Below, in pieces: positions 35,501 through 46,573 of a stretch of 64,000 bases of DNA. The notes beneath the pieces were generated by a model, which did not search any database, had not been told where the DNA came from, and saw only the letters and a list, made by a program, of their open reading frames with translations. Made by a program: the position numbers and the translations under genes. Source of the stretch: Octopus bimaculoides (Eukaryota); assembly GCF_001194135.2 (NCBI RefSeq), contig NC_068995.1:4758959-4822958 (forward strand). Direction: 5' to 3'. How positions within the stretch are numbered: position 1 is the stretch's first letter; every line of letters begins with the position of its first letter.

Positions 35501-36566
35501 ATGTTATCTAATGCATTAGCCCTTTTTGGTGATTTCGTAAGTTATGTCCCCAGTCCATTTATTATGGACTGGGTAGAAAAAAATATCTTGCANNNNNNNN
35601 NNNNNNNNNNNNNNNNNNNNNNNNNNNNNNNNNNNNNNNNNNNNNNNNNNNNNNNNNNNNNNNNNNNNNNNNNNNNNNNNNNNNNNNNNNNNNNNNNNNN
35701 NNNNNNNNNNNNNNNNNNNNNNNNNNNNNNNNNNNNNNNNNNNNNNNNNNNNNNNNNNNNNNNNNNNNNNNNNNNNNNNNNNNNNNNNNNNNNNNNNNNN
35801 NNNNNNNNNNNNNNNNNNNNNNNNNNNNNNNNNNNNNTTCATATTTCTTTCTTACTTTTGCCTGTAACCCATTTAATTGTCCTGCCGTTGTAGCGGCACC
35901 ATCATATTAAGTGTAGCACTTCCAGTTAACCATTTTTTCATTTCATACAAATTAACCTGAAATTGTCTCGTAAATTTCTTGTAACTTCGCAAATTAGGTG
36001 AATTCGGTGTTGGTCTCCCACTGTTTATAATTGTTTTCCATCGAAGTCTCTTTTCGAAAGACTATTTCTCAAAATATCGTTTCTAATACACACTTCACTC
36101 AATTCGAATGACTACAGGCTGGAGAGCGAGAAAGCGAGTGTGTCGGTGGGTGCTTGGGATGTGATGTCACGTTTAGCAACTCCTACAAGGGACTGCTTGA
36201 AGAAAGAGAATTCGTTCCAATAACTTCCTGAAGATTTCGTCCTTAAATTCATAACGCCACATGAATTCAATCAGATGCGTCTGCAGTAAACTTCGGGCTG
36301 TTCCATGTTCTCTTTTGTTGAGATTCTTTACATGCTTCCATAAGCATTCTATGTGGTTGGTTGTGGCAAATGTTACCGGATCAACAAAATTTATAGAATG
36401 ATTTACAGTCAAATGTCTATATCCTAGCTGATTGAGCGTATTATGCGAACGCCAGAGGTCAGAAATTATAGTTGTACCAGGCAATATACGGTCTTGTATA
36501 ATACATAAGAGTGTCTGCAGACTGGTCTTCCACTGCCACAAAAACACATCTTTTTGTATCCCTTTC
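32569..36566 (+). repeat. Tandem duplication of about 1.3 kb (32569-33844 and about 35130-36566)
   Basis: Both copies start tcatc(a/g)gtcactgtcggccaatgaaaggc and run with high identity into the Merlin C-terminal coding region. Confidence 0.95.
33449..34316 (-). mobile_element. Merlin transposase remnant 3 (near full length, internal gap)
   Basis: N-terminal CVNGHLM...WRCTVRGC zinc motif, WLEGSTL and LGMSPNTAVDY; C-terminal TVNHSINFVDP..HIECLWKHVK..HLIEFMW. Confidence 0.92.
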
Positions 36567-36845
36567 CAAAGCACCAAACACCCACTGCATTTTAACCTGA
36601 TGGCCAACATTATAATTTCTTGCATCTATCTCCACAATTCAGTTTGGCCCTCCCAGCTTAAAGTTTTGTGCAACATAATATTCTGCACATATATCACAGC
36701 AAAAAGTTCTCCAATCTGAGACTGCTATATTCGCTATGCGACATTCCTGGGATATTCCCTTTGCTAAATCTTCTTTTGCCCAATAATACAATATATCGAT
36801 CATTTGTTCACATTTCAATTTACTATTTTCTAAAATTGTTCCTTT
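36173..36845 (-). mobile_element. Merlin transposase remnant 4
   Basis: KLGGPN*IVEID, QWVFGALERDTKRCVFVAVEDQSADTL, ILPGTTIISDLW and VNHSINFVDP. Confidence 0.92.
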
Positions 36846-37039
36846 TCTAATGTATTGGGGCTCATCTTGTCATTGCTTCTGGTGAGTCTTCTTCCAGGTT
36901 TTCTATATTAAAAGAAGAAGCAGTGTTAGCATTGTCAGGGTTTTTTGCACTCTTTGACTCTCTGAAGTATTTAGCAAATCCAAGATAATGCTTTGCAGTG
37001 ATTGCGCCTGCCGCAAGTTCTCCTCTAGGTCATTCTCAT

Positions 37040-37480
37040 ATGGTTGTTTTGGATGAATCAGATGTCAATTTCCCAAGTATCTTCGCGTCTTCATACCTCC
37101 TGCACCACATACTCTCAGATACGAGTCAACCATGGATCTTGCAGCTTCGTTTATTGCTTGTTTTACCCTGGCCCACGTGCTTACACTAGTTTCATGTTGG
37201 TGCCATCTTTGGGGTTAATAAACTCAACGTTGTGCTCGACTGTTCTGTGGTGAACATTTTAACCGTTGATTTCAGGAATGTGAGAATCGACTGTTAAATG
37301 CATTCCTCCAGTATGTTGCAATCTTGCCATAAAGAAAAACATGTTTGGTCTCACGATGCACTTTGAAAACCCATTGTTCATGTAGCACCCCTTTTTTTAG
37401 TTGTATTTGCTGTTAGATTTGAGAGAACGTTAATCTATGTCAACAATCGTCCAAGCTGGTCCACATGGAACATAGCTGTT
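37040..37480 (-). mobile_element. Merlin transposase remnant 5 (strongly decayed)
   Basis: EQWVFKVHRETKHVFL; HHRTVEHNVEFINPKDGT. Confidence 0.65.
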
Positions 37481-37959
37481 GTGATCAGGAGCTATGCAGT
37501 GGCTCATCCCTACTTTTTCAATGCAACACAACAAAAGTGAAGTTGTCAATTTAAACAGACTATATGTCTGGTTTTTTGATTGGCTAAAATTACCCAAAAT
37601 GTGCAAACATTAAAAACTATTAACTTTTTATTAATTTATGGCAAAAATGAATTTTATTTCCTGAATTATCATACAAAACTAGAATCGGCACATGAAATTT
37701 TTAAAAATCAAAAACTGACAGCAACAGAAATACTAATGCATAAGGCTCATATTTTTGAAGATACTTTCTGTACAATACAGTTGATTCAATTCTTGGTTTT
37801 TTCAATCTTGTCAGAATTTCTGGACAAAGTAAATACAAGTTATCAGCTAGTCATCCTATGTGATTTTATTATTTCGTAATAATTACTGTTAAGGGCAGCG
37901 AGCTGGCCGAAATTCTAAGTGCAATGTCTTTGAATGTGAACCATTCTGAAAGGGGCTTC

Positions 37960-38200
37960 CAAATGTTTTCAATTCCAGCTTTTCCATACTGTTCTTTCCA
38001 AAGTAATTCGTCGAGATACGATTCAACCATGTCCGTGTGTACCCCATCATACCCTTAAATCGTCGTTTTACATTCTTCCAACAACATTCAACCGAATTTC
38101 TATGAACACTTGTTATAGGGTCAACAAAATTTTCCGAATGGTTCACTTTGAAATGGGTAGTAATCCCATTGTACAAGTCTTTTTTGTTTAATATAGCCAT
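37960..38200 (-). mobile_element. Merlin transposase remnant 6 (C-terminal)
   Basis: HFKVNHSENFVDPITSVHRNSVECCWKNVKRRF. Confidence 0.9.
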
Positions 38201-38461
38201 ATCCACCATACACTAGTCTCTATTTTCCTCTAGCTCTTCAGATAAATTCCATGCTGCTTAAGGGATCTCAAGTCTTCTTATCATTAGAAACAGTTGTATT
38301 TGACACAAATGTTACATAAACAAGGGGAAATAATGCAAACTAAAAACATGCAACAGTTATTCCCCCTGCTTCATCGATGTTTTTTTTTTTTTTTTTTTGT
38401 AACGCATGATATTTTCCAGTCTATAAAATACATCGATATTTAAGTCACAGGGTCGAATTTA

Positions 38462-38650
38462 TCATAAAAATTTTTGTCCTCCGCACCGCCATACAAATCC
38501 ATCCACCGATCTGGCCAATGTCTTCAAAGTCATATTGTGTGTGCAAACACACATTTTACAGGTGGCAATAATGCTGTTGGCTTTCAAAGATTCTATTATT
38601 CTTTCTGGAGCAAGCTGCTTCAATACTTCAAGTGGCAAACACATTTTCAG
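38462..38650 (-). mobile_element. Merlin transposase remnant 7 (N-terminal zinc motif)
   Basis: CKMCVCTHNMTLKTLARSVDGFVWRC. Confidence 0.7.
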
Positions 38651-41600
38651 TTTCATGAACACAATGTTTTGTGCTGGTCGACTGATTCCTTGTCGCTGAT
38701 CAAATGATTTTTTTAGGGTTGTGCACAAAAGGGAACAATTTGACTGTTGGAATGATGGTCAAATGATTCTCTTCGACACAAAATTCCTTTTGTTTTGCGT
38801 TGGTTGCAATTTAAATCTGAATTTACATACGCACTATGTTTCAACTTCAAATGCAACTCAAGATGATTTGGTTTCAGCATAAAAGCTGACCGTTTATCGT
38901 GGATAGTGAGTGACAAACTTTCTTTGCTTTACTCATTTTATGCATAGGGTTTGTGACTGAAAGAAATAGAAATTTATTGATAACAGAGATATTGGAAGGA
39001 TTTAATACAGCTTGTCGGCTATTTTTTGAAATATTTAATTGGGACATAAAAAGTTTAAATTCCATGGATAATGGACTTTTCAGTATCCACTCGTTCTGTT
39101 GCAAGTCTGTGTCCCTCCTAAGATGCATTTGGCGTCTTCGATGTTGTGTTAGACCACATCTCGTCTGTATGAATCAATGTTTTATCCATGCAGCTTCCGA
39201 ATGTGAAATTATCGTAGAGGCCTGACATCTCGTGCTTCCACTGTTCAAGTTTGAGATAAGAATTCACATTTCCGCCAGTTTGCGAGCATCTCTATAGGTA
39301 ATCTCATCTGACCAAGCCCCCGACCCTTATGTGTCCCGTGTATTGCCCCCGCTTTATTTAGAACCCTTGTGGTTTTAATAAAATCATTGTGAGCATGTTC
39401 ATTCATCCAGACTTTGTCACCCTCTATATACACCATCATTTAACGTCCGTTGTCCATGCTGACCACAGCTGACAAGTCTTTGGTCTGATTTCTATGGCTG
39501 GATGCCCTTCCTAACACCAACTGTTTACAATGTGTTTTTTTTACATGGATTGGCACCCAAGCTCTGCAATGTAAAAAATCTAGCTGAAAGGGAAGCAACG
39601 CACCTTTTTTTTTTTTGGTCTCTCTACTCATGAAATGTGTCGAGTTTATGAGACTATGGATAAAGTCCAAAAGTGCATCTGGTAAATGAAGTGTGTGTGT
39701 TGTTGAAATTTACAGAATGCAAAGAATATGGATGTAATTTGTTTAACGCTGTGAGTTCATTTATATTCATATTGTTATGTTATTTTGTTTTTATGCTGTA
39801 ATAAAACGATTGTGACTTCGGAATTAAATAAAAATTAATAATACCCTAAATTTCAGTCTCTGTCTTTATTTACATATTCTTTATTTGTTCCTTTTACCCA
39901 GAATTATGAACTTTCATTCCAGGTTCTTTATATCTCTTAATCTCTCTCGGGCGTGGCTATGTGGTAAGGAGCTCACTTTCCAATCACATGGTTTTTGGTT
40001 CTGTCCCTCTGGATGACACCTTGGGGCAAGTGCCTTAAAGTATGGCCTCAGGCCGCCCAAAGCTTTGTGAATGGATTTAGTCGGCGGAAATTGAAAACAA
40101 AAAGTGGTGCGCGCGCATGTGTATTTATATATGTGGTTGTGTGGTAGGTAGCTCGCTTCTCAACCAAATGGTTCCGAGTTCAGGCCCACTTTGGGACACT
40201 GGATTTTGGTGGACAGAAACTGAAAGAATCCCGTCGTATATTATGTATATATATATATATGTATTTATGTGTGTGTGTGTATATATGTACATATATCTAC
40301 CAAATTCACTCACAATGTATTGGTCGAACCGGAGCTTTATTAGAAGACATTTTCTCAAGATGCCAAACAGTGGGTCTGAATCCGAGACGATGTACGTGGT
40401 CGCTAAGCGACCTTCTTAATCATACAGCCATGCCTGCACCTATCGTGATTGAGGGAGATTAGCTGCTTTTTCTAGCAACCATGGGTGGCTATATATTTGC
40501 TCAGCCATTGATTTGAAAGAGGAGCTATGTCTAGCAATTTGATCGACCCTCGTTGGTTTGACTACTACCATGTGGTACCTATTGGCATCCAGGTGAAGTG
40601 GGCCATATTAACTAACGATTCTGGCAGTTGCCGGCTGGGAGTGATAGGAGATGAGGGAACACAAAGCGATTGTTCTGTTTGAAGTCACTGAAATGAAACG
40701 GAACAGTAAACATGAAAGAAACCAAGAGAAAAAGTTTAATGTCTGGCTTCCACAACGGAATAATTTACGATACCTTAAATTTCCATTATTCAGTGGGGGT
40801 GAAAATTTATTTTTTGTAGTTTTGATAAGTTTGTTTTTGCTTTCTTGCCATATTAGAAGTAAAGCAATTTTCAAGTGGAATATATGTGAACACACACAAT
40901 TACACGCGTGTATGTGTGTAATGTTCACATTAGTGTTTGCACACTCCTAACTACACACAGATATCTGTATGTGTATGTAGATATTCTTTTCTAATCTAGG
41001 CACAAGGCCCGAAATTTTTGGGGAGGAGGCAGGCGATTAGATCGACCCCAGTACGCAACTGGTACTTGATTTATCGACCCTGAAAGGATAAAAGGCACAG
41101 TCGACCTCGTATGCGATCGAAATGCTGGCCTTATTATTGCGATACTCTAAGGCAGCGAGCTGGCAGAGTCGTTAGTACACCGGATCTAATGCTTGGCGGC
41201 ATTTCGTCCGTCTTTACGCTCTGAGTTCAAATTCCACAGAGGTCGACTTTGCCTTTTATCCTTTTAGGATCGATAAATCAAGTACTAGTAAAACACTGGT
41301 GGTGCAGTCGTGTGGGAAGGGCGAGAACGCAATCAAAATGAAATACGCACACATATATCCTATATACACGACGGTCTTCTTTCAGTTTCCGCCTACCAAA
41401 TCCACTCACAAGGCTTTGATCGGTCCGAAGCTATAGTAGAAGACACTTGTCCAAGGTGCCACGCAGCGGGGCTGAACCCGGAACCATGTGACTGATAAAC
41501 CAACTGCCACGCCTGTACGCACTTAGATGCGTACATGTGTGAGAGTGTATATAGAGACTCTTTTGCCGTCTCTTTTTATCTCTGCTATTATAATAACGAT

Positions 41601-42984
41601 GTTGGAAGATGCTTGATGTGATCCCCTTGGGAGTCATTTAGACCTTCTTCAGCGCAAATGTGGTCGGCTTTTTCTTTCTTTTTCACTTTTGTACACAAAA
41701 AAACAATGAGAATCACTACAGACGGCCAAGACTGATGCGCACGCACTCTATCTATCTCTCCATTCATCCCTCCGTCTATCTAGTTATCTGTCTATCCATC
41801 CATCCTGCTGATGATGATGATGACAGACTAAGGGAAATAACTCAGGATGGTGAGCAGCATGCATCTGAACAAGACGCAGAAAAGTTTAATAAACACAAAA
41901 TAAACTCGATTTCTCGAAATTATCTTCTTGGAGATGCGTGGCCCAGTGGTTAGGGTATCTCTCTCTCACACACACACACACACAAAGTGCTTGTAATTTA
42001 CTTTTGTGAGGCGGCGAGCTGGCAGAAGCCTGTCGTACATATATATATATGTATCCCCCCCCCCCGATGTTGGTGTGTTTACGTCCCTGTAACTTAGCGG
42101 TTCGGCAAAAGGGACCGATAGGGTAAGGACTAGGCTTACAAGGAATAACTCCTGGGGTCGAGTTGTTCGACTGAAAGGCAGTGCTCCAGCATGGCCGCAG
42201 TCAAACGACTGAAGGTAGTTAAAGAACAAAAAAAAGGATACATACATACATACACGTGTGTGTGTGTGTGCCTAACACACACCACACTAGGGCACAGTTC
42301 ATTAAACTGACATATCACTGGAAGTTGTTGGTGGGGTGGGTGGGTGTGTTACCCTAATCCCGCAAGAAAGATAGGGGTTTTGTTACTGATAAATTTAACA
42401 TCGTCTGAGAAGCTCAAGTGTACTTCCATCAAGCGTACCCCGTTGGGTGTTATTTGATTCGACCCCCGCCATCCTCAACCCCACCAAACCAAGACACTAA
42501 CAGCAGGTAAAAAAAAAAAAAAAATGCATCTGTTTATGTTTACTGATTGCAGGGAGCAAAATATTTTTTATGAAGTTCTTGTCTGCAGCAAAGCTTTCAG
42601 AATTCTATCAAAAGAAGTCACAAGAGGGAATCGAGATAGCCTATTGAATTCACGTGTACGCATAAGATCATCATCATCATCATCATTGTCCTGGTCGTCA
42701 TCTTTTCATTCTTCATCGGCAAATACCAACCGATTGACTGAATTAGATTAAAAAAAGAAACTTGTTCTTCTGCCTCCAAAATGTCCAAGAGTTTTAACTG
42801 AGCGAAAGTCTGGTGCAGTTTCCCTTCCTCCTGGAACAGCTAATGCCTAATCGCGACTGTTATAAGCCAAAAAGTATTTTGGTTTATTCAGGTGCCAGCA
42901 CATTTCAGGTCAATAGAAAACTTTTACAATGTTATCGATTTACTTGGACCAGATCGATAGATGCAATTATAAATTTTATCCAGG

Positions 42985-43150
42985 CGTGGTTGTGTGGTGA
43001 GAACTTTGTTTCCCAACCACGTGGTTCCGGGTTCAGTTCCACTGAGTGGTACCTCGGGCAAGTGTCTTCTACTATAGCGTCGGTCTAATCAAAGCCTTGT
43101 GAGTTGATTTGGTAGATGGAAACTGAAAGAAGCCTGTCGTATATATATCC
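42985..43150 (+). mobile_element. tRNA-derived SINE family B (GCGTGG..GTGGT..GGTTCAGTCCCACTG...GGAAACTGAAAGAAGCC)
   Basis: tRNA-like head with A and B boxes. Other copies at about 2195-2317(-), 5885-6060(+), 17900-18010(+), 21420-21560(-), 21570-21700(+), 39950-40110(+), 40130-40250(+), 40290-40437(-), 41360-41510(-), 43760-43880(-), 50300-50390(+) and 56440-56570(-). Confidence 0.85.
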
Positions 43151-45343
43151 GGTGTATGTGTAGCTGTATCTCTCCCTCGCCACTGCTTGGCAACCGGTGT
43201 TGGTGTGGACAAAATGAGATAACAAAGACAAGGCTAGGAGGAGTTTTCAGGACATTTATAAGGAAAAAGACATAGTCTTACAGCTGTTTCTGGGATATTA
43301 TGGATATCCCTTCATCAGAGACGATGTGAGATGGTTAAATATTTGAGTTCGAAATAAGGAATTATTATGGAAAAGGATATATATGTATGTATATATCAGG
43401 TACGTGCCGTCAGTAATTATTAAAATAAGGTCACTGGTGGTGGTCGTCGTCGTGGAGGCATTGCTGGAAATGTTGATGGCGATGGTAACTTCACAGTAAA
43501 TTGCACTAAATATTCACTAATAGTCACACAGTAAATGGAGCATGACGAAGAACAGGTTCCACCTGGTTGCATACTCTGTGTGTATAGAATTATATTTAAA
43601 TCTGCATATGTAAAAGACAGCTAGCAGGCACAAACACACACGATCAAGAAGGTCTCTTCACAACCACATAGTTTTGGGTTCGGCCCCACGCAATGGCATC
43701 TTTGTCTGGAGTTCTCTCTCTCTCTCTCTCTCACACAACATATATATATATATATATATATCCACGACGGGCTTCCTTCAGTTTCCGTCTACCAAATCCA
43801 CTTACAAGACTTTAGTCGACCCGGATACTTGCCCATGGCATTGCGCAGTGTGGCTGAATCGGAAACCACGTGCTTGTAAAATGAGTTTCTTATCATAAAG
43901 TCATGTCTGAGATTATTATTATTTTTCTTTTTCGGTGAAGTTCCGATAGGCAACCACAGCCTCGTTTTATAAGCCTCCGAGCCTCCAGACCCCCTATACT
44001 ACCTGAACCGTCCTCTCTCTCTCTCTCTCTCTCTCTCGTACACGATTGGCGCATGCCCAAAAGAAACAACACGCATAGGTATTATCTCACATAACCCCAG
44101 CTAAAGTCCATTTGAAGCTAGCCAAAACACAGTGGCAAAAAACCCTTGGTGACACACACTGGGATCGAACTCGTGATCTAATACTTGCGAAAAGTACTTG
44201 TTAACCATTCAGCAACGCCTGCGTCCACACACACACACACATTTATATTATTGGTAACGAGAGTCTATCGTCTACTCAGCATCTGTTTATTAGACGCGTG
44301 GCTGATCTTTAAAGATTACGAGGATATTGAGTGGGGAAAGAGAGGAAGTGTATTTTAGTTGTGTGTGTGTATAATATTGTTAATGGTGATGTTGTAAATA
44401 GCATAAAAATATACCGGAAGTATTTCCGGAGTGTTCTCCCTCTACCTTACACAGAATTAAAGGCTAAAAGTGTAAACTAAGGGTTTTAATTACAGAGAGA
44501 GAGAGAGAAGGCACTGGCTGTCGACACAGATTATAAATAGGGATTCATGGGAAGACAGAGGGTGTGTGTGTGTGTGTGAGTCGGGGCAATCTTGTTAGGA
44601 TAAAGAATGGCACGAAAATTTTTTATAACTGTTTGGTTGGCACCAAAGACATACAAAGCGTCTGCCTCTCCTCCCTCTTTTCTTTGTGCCAGTTTGTGAG
44701 TATACACACACATTATGTAAATGCTAATGCACGAAACTCGGCCCTCGAATCACTCTAATTTCTATCTATCAATGATAACTGGCACGCCATGGGTTACGAC
44801 GACGACGAGGGTTGCAGTTGGTTCGATCGATGGAACAGCCTTCCCGTGAAATTCACGTGCAAGTTTGATGAGCATTCTGCAAACACGAGTTCTGTTCACG
44901 TGGCCTTCAGTGAGAGTTAGCGAGATACAGAACGAGATAAGGCTGGCCCTCTGAATTACCGGTTCAACTCATTTTTGCTAGCAGAATGGACAGGAACAAC
45001 GTTAAATTAAGTGCCTTGCTCAAGGGCACAATGCACCACCGGTAACCGAACTCACGACGTTATGATCGGGAGCCGAATATCTTAATCTCCAAGCCACGCG
45101 CCTTCACAACCGATGAATAATAATAATAATCCTTTCCACTATAGGCAGAAGGCCTCAGATTTGTGGGGAGGGGACTAGTCGATTACGTTGACTCCCAGTG
45201 CGTAACTGGTACTTAATTTATCGGCCCCGAAAGGATGAAAGGCAAAGTCGACCTCGGCGGAATTTGAACTCAGAGCGTAAGGACAGACTAAATACGGCTA
45301 ACCATTTCGCCCGGCGTTCTAACGATTCTGCCAGCTCGCCGCC

Positions 45344-45379
<36 letters not shown>

Positions 45380-46269
45380 CGTGTATATATGCGTGTGGAT
45401 GTAGGCATTACTGAACGGAAACTGAAAGAGGCCCGTCGTGTATATGTGTTTGTCTCCCCACCATCGCTTGACAACCGATGTTGGTGTGTTTACGTTCAAG
45501 TAAAAGAATAATAAAAATATATCATAAAATAAATAATATAATGAAAAGTAGAAAATTACTTCCAGAAAGTACACTGGGCTCCCTTAATCTATCCCTTAAT
45601 CACTGCCAGATCCGCCAATAACAGAGTTTTGATTTTCTTCGACTTTGTTTTAATATAATCGATTTCCTTCCTCTGTCGCGAGATCGACAATTATGACAAT
45701 GGAGTAGTGTTGTGGGTGGGTCGGGTTCAGTCTCATGAAGTGGTTCCTAGTCCCCTCCCTCAGTATATAGCAGGTATTTGTTTTATCTGCATCGGGTAAA
45801 AGAGAACGAAAGGTAAATTTAGCCCCAGAAAATAACTCGGAAATCAGGCAATTTCTCCCTCGAGCCGTTTCTTTCCAGTATTGGGAGGTCTCATCTCTGG
45901 GATTACTATGGTCACGTGATTTGAATGTCACTGGAAAGAATTGCAAAGGCCCCTTAGGTCTCCTGCCAACCGTAAGGAGACCAAGGTGGAGATGTTTGGA
46001 TAACATCCATAGTCTCGGATGGTCACGTTTGGGAATCCAACCGGAACCTCTAATGACCGTGCGTGTATATACATACATACATACATATATATATATGTGT
46101 GTGTGACCCAGCACCGCTTGACAACTGTTGGTGTGTTTATGTCCCTGTAACTTAGCGGCTCGAGACCACCAACCCTCGTCACAACTATGACTATTAAAGC
46201 AGACACACACCACATGTATGCTTATAGACACAAGAAACAGAAACATGCGAATATACATCTATTGTGCGC

Positions 46270-46573
46270 TCAGTCAGTTAGGACGCCGAGGGTTCCAGTT
46301 GATCCGATGAACGGAACAGAGTGCTCACTAAATTGAAGTGGAAGTGGCTGAGTAGTCCACGAACACGCATGCCCTTAACGTAGTTCTCAGGGAGATTCAG
46401 TGTGACAAGGCCGGCCCTTTGAAATACAGGTACAACTCATTTTTGCCAGCTGAGTTGACTGGAGCAACAGGAAATAAAGTGTCTTGCTCAAGGACACAAC
46501 GCGTCGCCGGGAATTGAACTCGCGACCTTACGACCGTGAGCCGAATACCCTAACCACTAAGCCACGCGCCTTC
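46270..46573 (-). mobile_element. tRNA-derived SINE family C (GTGGTTAGGGT..GAGTTCAATTCC..CAGCTGGCAAAAATGAG..GAACTACGTTAAGGG)
   Basis: Other copies or relatives at about 3225-3515(+), 10005-10228(-), 18050-18250(+), 19990-20130(+), 23090-23310(-), 23960-24225(+), 44780-45105(-), 47630-47990(-) and 54590-54860(-). Confidence 0.85.

Noticed and set aside
46500-46573. tRNA-like sequences with A and B boxes (also at about 3225, 10150-10228, 24340-24420, 44150-44225 and 47920-47985)
   Set aside because: They are heads of tRNA-derived SINEs, continuing into SINE bodies without a complete cloverleaf.
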